NCBI GenBank assembly: GCA_964016885.1
Contig: CAXHJY010001340.1
Span: forward strand, 1 to 64,000
DNA: 64,000 bases
Direction: 5' to 3'
Origin: Eledone cirrhosa
Taxonomy: Eukaryota
Below, one piece after another: positions 40,230 to 57,581 of the stretch; the first letter of the stretch is position 1, and every line of letters starts with the position of its first letter. The notes under the pieces are model-generated. The model was not told the DNA's origin, made no database searches, and saw only the letters and a program-made list of their open reading frames with translations. Both the position numbers and the translations under genes were made by a program.

Positions 40230-40720
40230 GTAAGATCTGACATCTTCTGTATATGATATTAAAACCATGATAAAATGTGGTGATATCTTCTGTATATCAC
40301 ACTAAAGACTTGGTAATATGTGGTGATATCTTCTGTATATCACATTAAAACTCTGGTAATATCTACTGACATCTTCTTTATATCATTAAAACCCTGGTAA
40401 TATGTGGTGATATCTTCTGTATATCACATTAAAACCATGGTAATATGTGGTGATATCTTCTGTATATCACATTAAAACCATGGTAATATGTGGTGATATC
40501 TTCTGTATATCACATTAAAACCATGGTAATATATGGTGATATCTTCTGTATATCACATTAAAACTCTGGTAAGATCTACTGACATTTTCTGTATTTCACA
40601 CTAAAGCCCTGGTAAGATCTAGACATTTCTGTATATCATTCTAAAACCCTGGTACTATGTGGCGATATCTTCTATATATTAGACTAATGTATTAGTAAGA
40701 TCTAATCATGTTTTTGTGTC
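40211..40720. repeat. 43-bp minisatellite built from the exon 2/intron 2 junction, ~11-12 copies
   Basis: Unit tatcacattaaaaccatggtaatatgtggtgatatcttctgta; the first copy overlaps the exon end and donor. Confidence 0.9.
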
Positions 40721-40784
40721 ACACTAAAGATCTTGTGATCTTTAGTTTGATACAAAAGATCTTGTGATATTTAGTGTGATACTG

Positions 40785-41555
40785 GGACTTTATTTTACCA
40801 ACTCTGAAAGGGTGAAATTTGAACTTGGTGGGATTTGAACTCAGACTATAAAGATTTGAACTCGGACTATAAAGATTTGAAACATTTTATCTGTTGCTCT
40901 AAGAATTCTGCCAATCCTCAGCCTTACCATCAGTGATAATTGCTTCTAACTTTAGGCACAAGGCCAGTAATTTTTTGGAGGGTTGAGGATCAATCCCACT
41001 GGGATTTTATTTTGTTGACCAGGAAAGGATAAAAGACAAAGCTGACCTCAGTGGAATTTGAACTCAGAATGTAAAAGGGCTATAACAAAATGCTACAAAA
41101 CATTTTGCCTGTTACTCTACTAATTCTTCCAAACAACTGCTTAATGATTAATAAAAACAATTATTTCTAAAATTGGCACAAAGCCAGTAATTTTGGGAAA
41201 AAGGAAAGTCGATTGTATTGACCCCAGCAATTTACTGGTATTTTATTTTATTGACCATTAAAAGATGAAAGGCAAAGTTAACCTCAACAAAATTTGAACT
41301 CAGAACGTGAAGAACCTCAACAAATATTGCTACACAATTGTCTGCCAGTCTAACACCTTTCACAATCCACTATTCTAAATAATTAATTATCCTTACGGCT
41401 ATTTACGTTCTGAGTTCAAATCCTGCTGAAGTTAGCTTTGCCTTTCATCCTTACAGGCTTCATGAAATAAAGTACCAGTCATGCACTGAGATCGATTTAA
41501 TCGACTTTTCCCTCCCTCAAAATTGTTGGCCTTGTGCCTAAATCATAATACCAAT
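40785..41555. mobile_element. Cluster of diverged SINE family A copies on both strands
   Basis: Family A motifs at 40785-40920, 40940-41130, 41160-41370 (minus) and 41390-41555 (plus). Confidence 0.8.
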
Positions 41556-41608
41556 ATTTTCTACTTACTACAATTATTGCGTTACAATAACTCTCCTCCC
41601 CTTCTGTC

Positions 41609-44600
41609 AGAGTTGCTGAAGCATGGAACAAACTACCTGCATCAGTTGTTGGCTGTCGAGACACTGCATCCTTTATAACCTCCATGGAACAAACTACCTG
41701 CATCAGTTGTTAGCTGTCGAGAGACTGCATCCTTTAAAACCTCCATGGAACAAACTACATGCATCAGTTGTTAGCTGCTGAGACACTGCATCCTTTTAAA
41801 CCTCCATGGAACAAACTACCTGCATCAGTTGTTAGCTGTTGAGACACTGCATCCTTTAAAACCTCCATGGAACAAACTACCTGCATCAGTTGTTAGCTGT
41901 CGAGACACTGCATCCTTTAAACACTCCATGGAACAAACTACCTGCATCAGTTGTTAGCTGTCGAAATACTGCATCCTATAAAACCTCCATGGAACAAGCT
42001 ACATGCATCAATTGTTAGCTGCCGAGACACTGCATCCTTTAAAACCTCCATGGAACAAACTACATGCATCAGTTGTTAGCTGTCGAGACATTGCATCATT
42101 TTAAACCTCCATGGAACAAACTACATGCGTCAGTTGTTAGCTGCTGAGACACTGCATCATTTAAAACCTCCATGGAACAAACTACCTGCATCAGTTGTTA
42201 GCTGTCGAGACACTGCATCCTTTAAAACCTCCATAGAACAAACTACCTGCATCAGTTGTTAGCTGCTGAGACACTGCATCCTTTTAAACCTCCATGGAAC
42301 AAACTACCTGCATCCTTTAAAACCTCCATGGAACAAACTACCTGCATCAGTTGTTAGCTGTTGAGACACTGCATCCTTTAAAACCTCCATGGAACAAACT
42401 ACCTGCATCAGTTGTTAGCTGTCGAGACACAGCATCTTTTAAAACCTCCATGGAACAAAATACCTGCATCAGTTGTTAGCTGTCGAGACACTGCATCCTT
42501 TAAACACTCCATGGAACAAACTACCTGCATCAGTTGTTAGCTGTCGAGATACTGCATCCTATAAAACCTCGATGGAACAAACTACATGCATCAGTTGTTA
42601 GCTGCTGAGACACTGCATCCTTTAAAACCTCCATGGAACAAACTACCTGCATCAGTTGTTAGCTGTCGAGACACAGCATCTTTTAAAACCTCCATGGAAC
42701 AAACTACCTGCATCAGTTATTAGCTGCTGAGACACTGCATCCTTTAAAACCTCCATGGAACAAACTACCTGCATCCTTTAAAACCTCCATGGAACAAACT
42801 ACCTGCATCAGTTGTTAGCTGTCGAGACACTGCATCCTTTAAAACCTCCATGGAACAAACTACATACATCAGTTGTTAGCTGTCGAGACACTGCATCCTT
42901 TAAAACCTCCACGGAACAAACTACCTGCATCAGTTGTTACCTGTCGAGACACTGCATCCTTTATAACCTCCATGGAACAAACTACCTGCATCAGTTGTTA
43001 GCTGTGAGACATTGCATCTTTTTAAACCTCCATGGAACAAACTACCTGCATCAGTTGTTAGCTGTCGAGACACTGCATCCTGTAAAACCTACATCGAACA
43101 AACTACCTGCATCAGTTGTTAGCTGTCGAGACACTGCATCCTTTAAAACCTCCATGGAACAAACTACCTGCATCAGTTGTTAGCTGTCGAAACACAGCAT
43201 CTTTTAAAACCTCCATGGAACAAAATACCTGCATCAGTTGTTAGCTGTCGACACACTGCATCCTTTGAAACCTCCATGGAACAAACTCCCTGCATCAGTT
43301 GTTAGCTGCTGAGACACTGCATCCTTTTAAACCTCCATGGAACAAACTACCTGCATCCTTTAAAACCTCCATGGAACAAACTACCTGCATCAGTTGTTAG
43401 CTGTCGAGACACTGCATCCTTTAAAACCTCCATGGAACAAACTACCTGCATCAGTTAGTTGTCGAGACACTGCATCCTTTAAAACCTCCATGGAACAAAC
43501 TACCTGCATCAGTTGTTAGCTGCCGAGACACTGCATCCTTTAAAACCTCCATGGAACAAACTACCTGCATCAGTTGTTAGCTGTCGAGACACTGCATCCT
43601 TTAAAACCTCCATGGAACAAACTACATGCATCAATTGTGAGCTGTCGAGACACTGCATCCTTTAAAACCTCCATGGAACAAACTACCTGCATCAGTTGTT
43701 AGCTGTCAAAGCACAGCATTCTTTAAAACCTCCATGGAACAAGCTACCTGCATCAGTTGTTAGTTGTCGCGACAATGCATCCTTTAAAACCTCCATGGAA
43801 CAATCTACCTGTATCAGTTGTTAGCTGTCGAGACACTGCATCCTTTAAAACCTCCATAGAACAAACTACATACATCAGTTGTTAGCTGTCGAGACACTGC
43901 ATCCTTTAAAACCTCCACGGAACAAACTACCTGCATCAGTTGTTACCTGTCGAGACACTGCATCCTTTATAACCTCCATGGAACAAACTACCTGCATCAG
44001 TTGTTAGCTGTCGAGACACTGCATCCTTTAAAACCTCCACGGAACAAACTACCTGCATCAGTTGTTAGCTGTCGAGACATTGCATCTTTTTAAACCTCCA
44101 TGGAACAAACTACCTGCATCAGTTGTTAGCTGTCGAGACACTGCATCCTGTAAAACCTACATCGAACAAACTACCTGCATCAGTTGTTAGCTGTCGAGAC
44201 ACTGCATCCTTTAAAACCTCCATGGAACAAACTACCTGCATCAGTTGTTAGCTGTCGAAACACAGCATCTTTTAAAACCTCCATGGAACAAAATACCTGC
44301 ATCAGTTGTTAGCTGTCGACACACTGCATCCTTTGAAACCTCCATGGAACAAACTACCTGCATCAGTTGTTAGCCGTCGACACATTGCATCCTTTAAAAC
44401 ATCCATGGAACAAACTACCTGCATCAGTTGTTAGCTGTCGAGACACTGCATCCTTTAAAACCTCCATGGAACAAACTACCTGCATCAGTTGTTAGCTGTC
44501 GAGACACAGCATCCTTTAAAACCTCCATGGAACAAACTACATGCATCAATTGTGAGCTGTCGAGACACTGCATCCTTTAAAACCTCCATGGAACAAACTA

Positions 44601-47600
44601 CCTGCATCAGTTGTTAGCTGTCAAAGCACAGCATTCTTTAAAACCTCCATGGAACAAGCTACCTGCATCAGTTGTTAGTTGTCGCAACAATGCATCCTTT
44701 AAAACCTCCATGGAACAATCTACCTGTATCAGTTGTTAGTTGTCGCAACACTGCATCCTTTAAAACCTCCATGGAACAAACTACCTGCATCAGTTGTTAG
44801 CTGCCGAGACACTGCATCCTTTAAAACCTCCATGGAACAAACTACCTGCATCAGTTGTTAGCTGCCGAGACACCGCATCCTTTAAAACCTCCATGGAACA
44901 AACTACATGCATCAATTGTGAGCTGTCGAGACACTGCATCCTTTAAAACCTCCATGGAACAAACTACCTGCATCAGTTGTTAGCTGTCAAAGCACAGCAT
45001 TCTTTAAAACCTCCATGGAACAAGCTACCTGCATCAGTTGTTAGTTGTCGCGACAATGCATCCTTTAAAACCTCCATGGAACAATCTACCTGTATCAGTT
45101 GTTAGCTGTCGAGACACTGCATCCTTTAAAACCTCCATAGAACAAACTACATACATCAGTTGTTAGCTGTCGAGACACTGCATCCTTTAAAACCTCCACG
45201 GAACAAACTACCTGCATCAGTTGTTACCTGTCGAGACACTGCATCCTTTAAAACCTCCACGGAACAAACTACCTGCATCAGTTGTTAGCTGTCGAGACAT
45301 TGCATCTTTTTAAACCTCCATGGAACAAACTACCTGCATCAGTTGTTAGCTGTCGAGACACTGCATCCTGTAAAACCTACATCGAACAAACTACCTGCAT
45401 CAGTTGTTAGCTGTCGAGACACTGCATCCTTTAAAACCTCCATGGAACAAACTACCTGCATCAGTTGTTAGCTGTCGAAACACAGCATCTTTTAAAACCT
45501 CCATGGAACAAAATACCTGCATCAGTTGTTAGCTGTCGACACACTGCATCCTTTGAAACCTCCATGGAACAAACTACCTGCATCAGTTGTTAGCTGCTGA
45601 GACACTGCATCCTTTTAAACCTCTATGGAACAAACTACCTGCATCCTTTAAAACCTCCATGGAACAAACTACCTGCATCAGTTGTTAGCTGTCAAAGCAC
45701 AGCATTCTTTAAAACCTCCATGGAACAAGCTACCTGCATCAGTTGTTAGTTGTCGCGACAATGCATCCTTTAAAACCTCCATGGAACAATCTACCTGTAT
45801 CAGTTGTTAGCTGTCGAGACACTGCATCCTTTAAAACCTCCATAGAACAAACTACATACATCAGTTGTTAGCTGTCGAGACACTGCATCCTTTAAAACCT
45901 CCACGGAACAAACTACCTGCATCAGTTGTTACCTGTCGAGACACTGCATCCTTTATAACCTCCATGGAACAAACTACCTGCATCAGTTGTTAGCTGTCGA
46001 GACACTGCATCCTTTAAAACCTCCACGGAACAAACTACCTGCATCAGTTGTTAGCTGTCGAGACATTGCATCTTTTTAAACCTCCATGGAACAAACTACC
46101 TGCATCAGTTGTTAGCTGTCGAGACACTGCATCCTGTAAAACTTGCATCGAACAAACTACCTGCATCAGTTGTTAGCTGTCGAGACACTGCATCCTTTAA
46201 AACCTCCATGGAACAAACTACCTGCATCAGTTGTTAGCTGTCGAAACACAGCATCTTTTAAAACCTCCATGGAACAAAATACCTGCATCAGTTGTTAGCT
46301 GTCGACACACTGCATCCTTTGAAACCTCCATGGAACAAACTACCTGCATCAGTTGTTAGCTGCTGAGACACTGCATCCTTTTAAACCTCCATGGAACAAA
46401 CTACCTGCATCCTTTAAAACCTCCATGGAACAAACTACCTGCATCAGTTTTTAGCCGTCGACACATTGCATCCTTTAAAACATCCATGGAACAAACTACC
46501 TGCATCAGTTGTTAGCTGTCGAGACACTGCATCCTTTAAAACCTCCATGGAACAAACTACCTGCATCAGTTGTTAGCTGTCGAGACACAGCATCCTTTAA
46601 AACCTCCATGGAACAAACTACCTGCATCAGTTGTCAGCTGCTGAGGCACTGCATCCTTTTAAACCTCCATGGAACAAACTACCTGCATCAGTTGTTAGCT
46701 GTCGAGACATTGCATCCTTTAAAACCTCCATGGAACAAACTACCTGCATCAGTTGTTAGCTGTCGAAACACAGCATTCTTTAAATCCTCCATGGAACAAA
46801 CTACCTGCATCAGTTGTTAGTTGTCGCGACACTGCATCCTTTAAAACCTCCATGGAACAAACTACCTGCATCAGTTGTTAGTTGTAGCGACACTGCATCC
46901 TTTAAAACCTCCATGGAACAAACTACATACATCAGTTGTTAGCTGTCGAGACACTGCATCCTTTAAAACCTCCACGGAACAAACTACCTGCATCAGTTGT
47001 TACCTGTCGAGACACTGCATCCTTTAAAACCTCCACGGAACAAACTACCTGCACCAGTTGTTAGCTGTCGAGACATTGCATCTTTTTAAACCTCCATGGA
47101 ACAAACTACCTGCATCAGTTGTTAGCTGTCGAGACACTGCATCCTGTAAAACCTACATCGAACAAACTACCTGCATCAGTTGTTAGCTGTCGAGACACTG
47201 CATCCTTTAAAACCTCCATGGAACAAACTACCTGCATCAGTTGTTAGCTGTCGAAACACAGCATCTTTTAAAACCTCCATGGAACAAAATACCTGCATCA
47301 GTTGTTAGCTGTCGACACACTGCATCCTTTGAAACCTCCATGGAACAAACTACCTGCATCAGTTGTTAGCTGCTGAGACACTGCATCCTTTTAAACCTCC
47401 ATGGAACAAACTACCTGCATCCTTTAAAACCTCCATGGAACAAACTACCTGCATCAGTTGTTAGCTGTCAAAGCACAGCATTCTTTAAAACCTCCATGGA
47501 ACAAGCTACCTGCATCAGTTGTTAGTTGTCGCGACAATGCATCCTTTAAAACCTCCATGGAACAATCTACCTGTATCAGTTGTTAGCTGTCGAGACACTG

Positions 47601-49738
47601 CATCCTTTAAAACCTCCATAGAACAAACTACATACATCAGTTGTTAGCTGTCGAGACACTGCATCCTTTAAAACCTCCACGGAACAAACTACCTGCATCA
47701 GTTGTTACCTGTCGAGACACTGCATCCTTTATAACCTCCATGGAACAAACTACCTGCATCAGTTGTTAGCTGTCGAGACACTGCATCCTTTAAAACCTCC
47801 ACGGAACAAACTACCTGCATCAGTTGTTAGCTGTCGAGACATTGCATCTTTTTAAACCTCCATGGAACAAACTACCTGCATCAGTTGTTAGCTGTCGAGA
47901 CACTGCATCCTGTAAAACCTGCATCGAACAAACTACCTGCATCAGTTGTTAGCTGTCGAGACACTGCATCCTTTAAAACCTCCATGGAACAAACTACCTG
48001 CATCAGTTGTTAGCTGTCGAAACACAGCATCTTTTAAAACCTCCATGGAACAAAATACCTGCATCAGTTGTTAGCTGTCGACACACTGCATCCTTTGAAA
48101 CCTCCATGGAACAAACTACCTGCATCAGTTGTTAGCTGCTGAGACACTGCATCCTTTTAAACCTCCATGGAACAAACTACCTGCATCCTTTTAAACCTCC
48201 ATGGAACAAACTACCTGCATCAGTTGTTAGCCGTCGACACATTGCATCCTTTAAAACATCCATGGAACAAACTACCTGCATCAGTTGTTAGCTGTCGAGA
48301 CACTGCATCCTTTAAAACCTCCATGGAACAAACTACCTGCATCAGTTGTTAGCTGTCGAGACACAGCATCCTTTAAAACCTCCATGGAACAAACTACCTG
48401 CATCAGTTGTCAGCTGCTGAGGCACTGCATCCTTTTAAACCTCCATGGAACAAACTACCTGCATCAGTTGTTAGCTGTCGAGACATTGCATCCTTTAAAA
48501 CCTCCATGGAACAAACTACCTGCATCAGTTGTTAGCTGTCGAAACACAGCATTCTTTAAATCCTCCATGGAACAAACTACCTGCATCAGTTGTTAGTTGT
48601 CGCGACACTGCATCCTTTAAAACCTCCATGGAACAAACTACCTGCATCAGTTGTTAGTTGTAGCGACACTGCATCCTTTAAAACCTCCATGGAACAAACT
48701 ACATGCATCAGTTGTTAGTTGTCGCGACACTGCATCCTTTAAAACCTCCATGGAACAAACTACCTGCATTAGTTGTTAGCTGTCGAGACACTGTATCCTT
48801 TAAAACCTCCATGGAACAAACTACCTGCATCAGTTGTTAGCTGTCGAGACACTGCATCTTTTAAAACCTCCATGGAACAAAATACCTGCATCAGTGGTTA
48901 GCTGTCGAGACACTGCATCCTTTAAAACCTCCATGGAACAAACTACCTGCATCAGTTGTTAGCTGCCGAGACACTGCATCCTTTAAAACCTCCATGGAAC
49001 AAACTACCTGCATCTATTGTTAGCTGTCGAGACACTGCATCCTTTAAAACCTCCATGGAACAAACTACTTGCATCAGTTGTTAGCTGTCGAGACACAGCA
49101 TCTTTTAAAACCTCCATGGAACAAACTACCTGCATCAGTTGTTAGCTGTCGAGACACTGCATCTTTTAAAACCTCCATGGAACAAAATACCTGCATCAGT
49201 GGTTAGCTGTCGAGACACTGCTTCCTTTTAAACGTTCATGTAACAAACTACCTGCATCTATTGTTAGCTGTCGAGACACTGCATCCTTTAAAACCTCCAT
49301 GGAACAAACTACTTGCATCAGTTGTTAGCTGTCGAGACACAGCATCTTTTAAAACCTCCATGGAACAATCTACCTGCATCAGTTGTTAGTTGTCGCGACA
49401 CTGCATCCTTTAAAACATCCATGGAACAAACTACATGCATCAGTTGTTAGTTGTCGCAACACTGCATCCTTTAAAACCTCCATGGAACAAACTACCTGCA
49501 TCAGTTATTAGCTGTCGAGACACTGCATCCTTTAAAACCTCCATGCTTTCTGAGATTCGCCAACACTACACCTAATGGTCCTCCTCTATACACACACACA
49601 CACATGTATATCATGTCTCATACACTATTCATTTCCCTGACATTTGTATATTATTCTATGTACTATACATGCACCTTTGATGAGTTGTAGTGCACCTGAG
49701 CACTGTACACAATAATTTCATAATCATTATTATTATAT
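41609..49738 (+). mobile_element. 5'-truncated CR1/L2-type LINE fragment hosting the satellite
   Basis: Starts RVAEAWNKLPASVV, resumes after the array with ...SMLSEIRQHYT* and a 3' UTR ending in (ATT)n; unexpanded copy at 50780-51165. Confidence 0.85.
41622..49545 (+). repeat. 61-bp tandem satellite, ~130 units, with 34-bp deletion units and higher-order repeats
   Basis: Unit gaacaaactacctgcatcagttgttagctgtcgagacactgcatcctttaaaacctccatg shifts by one base per 60-base line; identical ORFs 46509..46820 and 48285..48596 are 1776 bp apart. Confidence 0.97.
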
Positions 49739-49744
49739 CCGCAG

Positions 49745-49850
49745 GGCTTGGGTACCGCCAACCCAGTTGTACAGATAGGATCCCATATATTTACTGGCAA
49801 GTATGAAACTAATGTTGGCACTTCCTTGCTGTTTGATGATATCAAGAAAG
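49745..49850 (+). CDS. GTF3C6: GTF3C6 exon 3 (GLGTANPVVQIGSHIFTGKYETNVGTSLLFDDIKK)
   Basis: ccgcag acceptor, AAG|GTATGT donor, phase 0-1; matches remembered human GIDTERPILQVDSCVFAGEYEDTLGTCVIFEE. Confidence 0.92.
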
Positions 49851-49874
49851 GTATGTAGGATTATGTTATCACCA

Positions 49875-50640
49875 CTGTCATCAGCAGCAGCAGTATCTTC
49901 ATCACCACCATCATCATTACCATCACTCTACTCTCATCACCACCATTGTTGCCATTGCTATCGCCGTCACCACCACCATCACTATCGTCACCACCACCAC
50001 CATCACTATCGTCACCACCACCACCACTATCATTATCGTCACCACCACCATCATTATCGTCACCACCACCACCATCACTATCGTCACCACCACCATCACT
50101 ATCATCACCACCACCACCACCATAACTATCGTCACCACCACCACCGCCATCATTATCGTCACCACCACTCCCACCATCACTATCGTCACCACCACTCCCA
50201 CCATCACTATCATCACCACCACCATCACTATCGTCACCACCACCACCGCCATCATTATCGTCACCACCACCACCATCATCACTATCGTCACCACCACCAC
50301 CATCACTATCGTCACCACCACCACCACCATCATTATCGTCACCACCATCATTATCGTCACCACCATCACTATCGTCACCACCACCATCACTATCGTCACC
50401 ACCACCATCACTATCGTCACCACCACCATCACTATCGTCACCACCACCATCACTATCGTCACCACCACCATCACTATCGTCATCACCACCATCACTATCA
50501 TCATTATCATCACTACCACAACAACCATCATCACTCAGCATCACTCAGCATCACTACCATCATCACTCATCATCACTATCATCATTATCACCACCACTAC
50601 CACCACCACCATCATCATCATCTTCATGACCATTATGACC
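49875..50640. repeat. (CAC/CAT/TAT/CGT)n trinucleotide-based tract in GTF3C6 intron 3
   Basis: Direct reading; source of the poly-His ORF 49803..50690. Confidence 0.93.
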
Positions 50641-50779
50641 AGTTTGAAGATTATCAAGAATGTGATGGCGGAGCAAGAGATCTGGCATGAGTGACCCAGG
50701 TTTAATCAGATGATCAACTGAAATGAGATCAGCTAAGATGGTATAGAAGTTATATTTAGTTTTTAAATTGATATAATGA

Positions 50780-51165
50780 TATAATGAAAATATTGTGTAC
50801 AGTGCTCAGGTGCACTACAACTCATCAAAAGTGTATGTATAGTACATAGGGTAATGTACAAACGTCAGGAAAATGAACAGTGTATGAGTCATGATATACA
50901 TGTGTGCATGTTATGGAAGGGGTACATCAGGTGTAGTTTTGGCGAATTTCGGGAAGCATGAGGGTTTTAAAGGATGCAGTGTCTCAGTAGCTAACAACTG
51001 ACGCAGGCAGTTTGTTCCATGCTTCAGCAACTCTAAGCATGAAAAAATGTTTCCGAAAGTCATGGGAGCTGTGCTATTTTCTGACTTTGTAGGCATGTCC
51101 ATGTGTGTTAGACACATGGAGATCAAAATGGTGCTCAGGGTTGTTGTTGGTGAGATTAATTTGTT
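50780..51165 (-). mobile_element. CR1/L2-type LINE 3' fragment carrying a single unexpanded satellite unit
   Basis: Minus strand encodes ...KQHSSHDFRKHFFMLRVAEAWNKLPASVVSY*DTASFKTLMLPEIRQNYT. Confidence 0.88.
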
Positions 51166-51542
51166 CTAGTTGAAATCTTTATGTTCATTAAGGAAGTCTG
51201 TGCAATGCATCTTACATCAACTTCCCCAGGCTGCCATGTGTTGGGTAGAACCTTTTAAGGCAATGTTTTACAGTCAGATGCCCTTCCTAATACCAATCAT
51301 TTTAGTCACTTTTTATTACACGGATTAGGTGTACCTATTCAAAACCAGATTCACATGGCATAGAAAACAGTCTAAAATGATGATGATGATGATGATGAAA
51401 TACTAAAAATATTTTTTAAATTCTAGTAACACTTCTTTTGTTTCTGTTGTCTGAATTTTTGTTCTAACATTTCTCGGTAACTATTTTCAGATGGTACCTC
51501 CAAATTAAAGTATTCATGTCAGTTATTGGTTGATATTTTCAG

Positions 51543-51715
51543 ATGGAACCTCCAAATTAGAGTATTTATGTCACACAGACAAAAAGCTGCTGCTGAAACG
51601 AGTTTTCCTGCAGAAGAAAGAGGATTCTCCCCGAATCGACATTGATGACATGGAGGATTGCAGTATACTTTCTTCGGGCAATAATCAATTCAGGTCTTGT
51701 AATGTACCAATGTAA
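51543..51715 (+). CDS. GTF3C6: GTF3C6 terminal exon (DGTSKLEYLCHTDKKLLLKRVFLQKKE...PM*)
   Basis: ttttcag acceptor in phase 1; matches remembered human LKYKCHTMKKLSMTRTLLTEKKE. Confidence 0.88.
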
Positions 51716-52029
51716 TCCGGACATGAGACATTACAATATTCAACAATCCATTTAACTGAAGGTAACCATTACACATTAACACCCTTTACCATTTACATAT
51801 ATATACAGACCCATGCTAGCATGGAAAATGGACGTTAAACGATGATGATGATGATATCATCATCATCATCATCATCAACGTTTAACGTCCGTGTTCCACG
51901 CTTGCATGGGTTTGGACGGGGGTAGTCCCACTTGAGGCAAGAGTGATTGTCTTGCTCGCATAGGACTGTCTGGCAGGTTTTCTACAGTTGGATGCCCTTC
52001 CTAACACCAACCACATTTACAGTGTGGGA

Positions 52030-56583
<4,554 letters not shown>

Positions 56584-56960
56584 AATCGATATTAAATAAA
56601 TGGAAACTATATTTATAAAACCATATTTATCTCATTATATATATTTCAGGGATATCATATTAAAAATATGGTATGCCTTTTTCAGACAAAATACAATATA
56701 AACAGTCTTATAAATAGATAGATTTGACATACCTTTCAACTTCAACTTCCATTTAAAAAGTTGATTTGGTAGTGAAAAATGGGACAGTTATAAAAAGAAA
56801 GAAAGAAAAAAAACGAAGAAAAAGAAGAAATGCATGCAACTAAATAGAGAGAGATAGATATAGAGAGATAGAGAGAAGAAATTCATGTAAAGAAACAGAG
56901 AGAGATATATAGAGAGAGGAAAAAACAGAGGGAGATAGAGAGAGAGAGAGAGAGAAAAAA

Positions 56961-57581
56961 CTATTTTTTAATGCTCTTGATAATCGCTTCCCTAGAACAC
57001 ATAGGTATCACTCAATTTTCAATAGACATACTATAAAATTAACTTACTCATCCACCAAAAATTTAGCACAAAATATTAATAGAATAAATAATAGGAATTT
57101 AAAACCTAGCCAAAATACCGATAATAGCATAAATAATATCCAAGCAAACAAATGTAACTGTAGAGATAGATCTAAATGTCCGTTAAATAACAATTGCTTA
57201 GTTAAAAATATAATATACAACTGTAATGTTAAAACGGACTTAAATTCTTTTAACTATGTTGGTTCCACCTCGACAGAATTTAAACTTCGCTATAATAACC
57301 ACAAGAATTCTTTCACAGATCCAAGCAAAAAATCTTCAACATCACTATCAGGCTTAATCTGGCAACTTAAGCATGATAACGTTGGATATTCGACGGCTTG
57401 GAATATAGTCTCAAGAGGGATTCCTTTTAATTCATCCTCTGAGACATGTGACTTCTGCGCGGAGGAGATATTCTTTATACTAAAATCTAAAAATTCCCTT
57501 AATTTACGGACAAATTTATTCAGTTGCTGCAGACATAGATTGAACTCAACTTTTAAATATAAATATAAATTTAAAATGTAG
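56961..57581 (+). pseudogene. 5'-truncated, stop-free ~206-codon PLE GIY-YIG endonuclease fragment (absent from the ORF track: no start codon)
   Basis: Manual translation: IFNRHTIKLTYS...CNCRDRSKCPLNNNCLVKNIIYNC...YVGSTSTEFKLRYNNH...TSLS...W...CDFCAEE...LNLRTNLFSCCRH. Confidence 0.88.

Noticed and set aside
41622-49545. CRISPR-like appearance of the regular 61-bp array
   Set aside because: No unique spacers; the variable positions are point variants of one unit, the unit is LINE-derived, and no cas genes are present.
49803-50690. 295-aa His-rich ORF suggesting a cephalopod beak histidine-rich protein
   Set aside because: It is a CAC/CAT microsatellite in GTF3C6 intron 3, out of frame with exon 3 and open on both strands.
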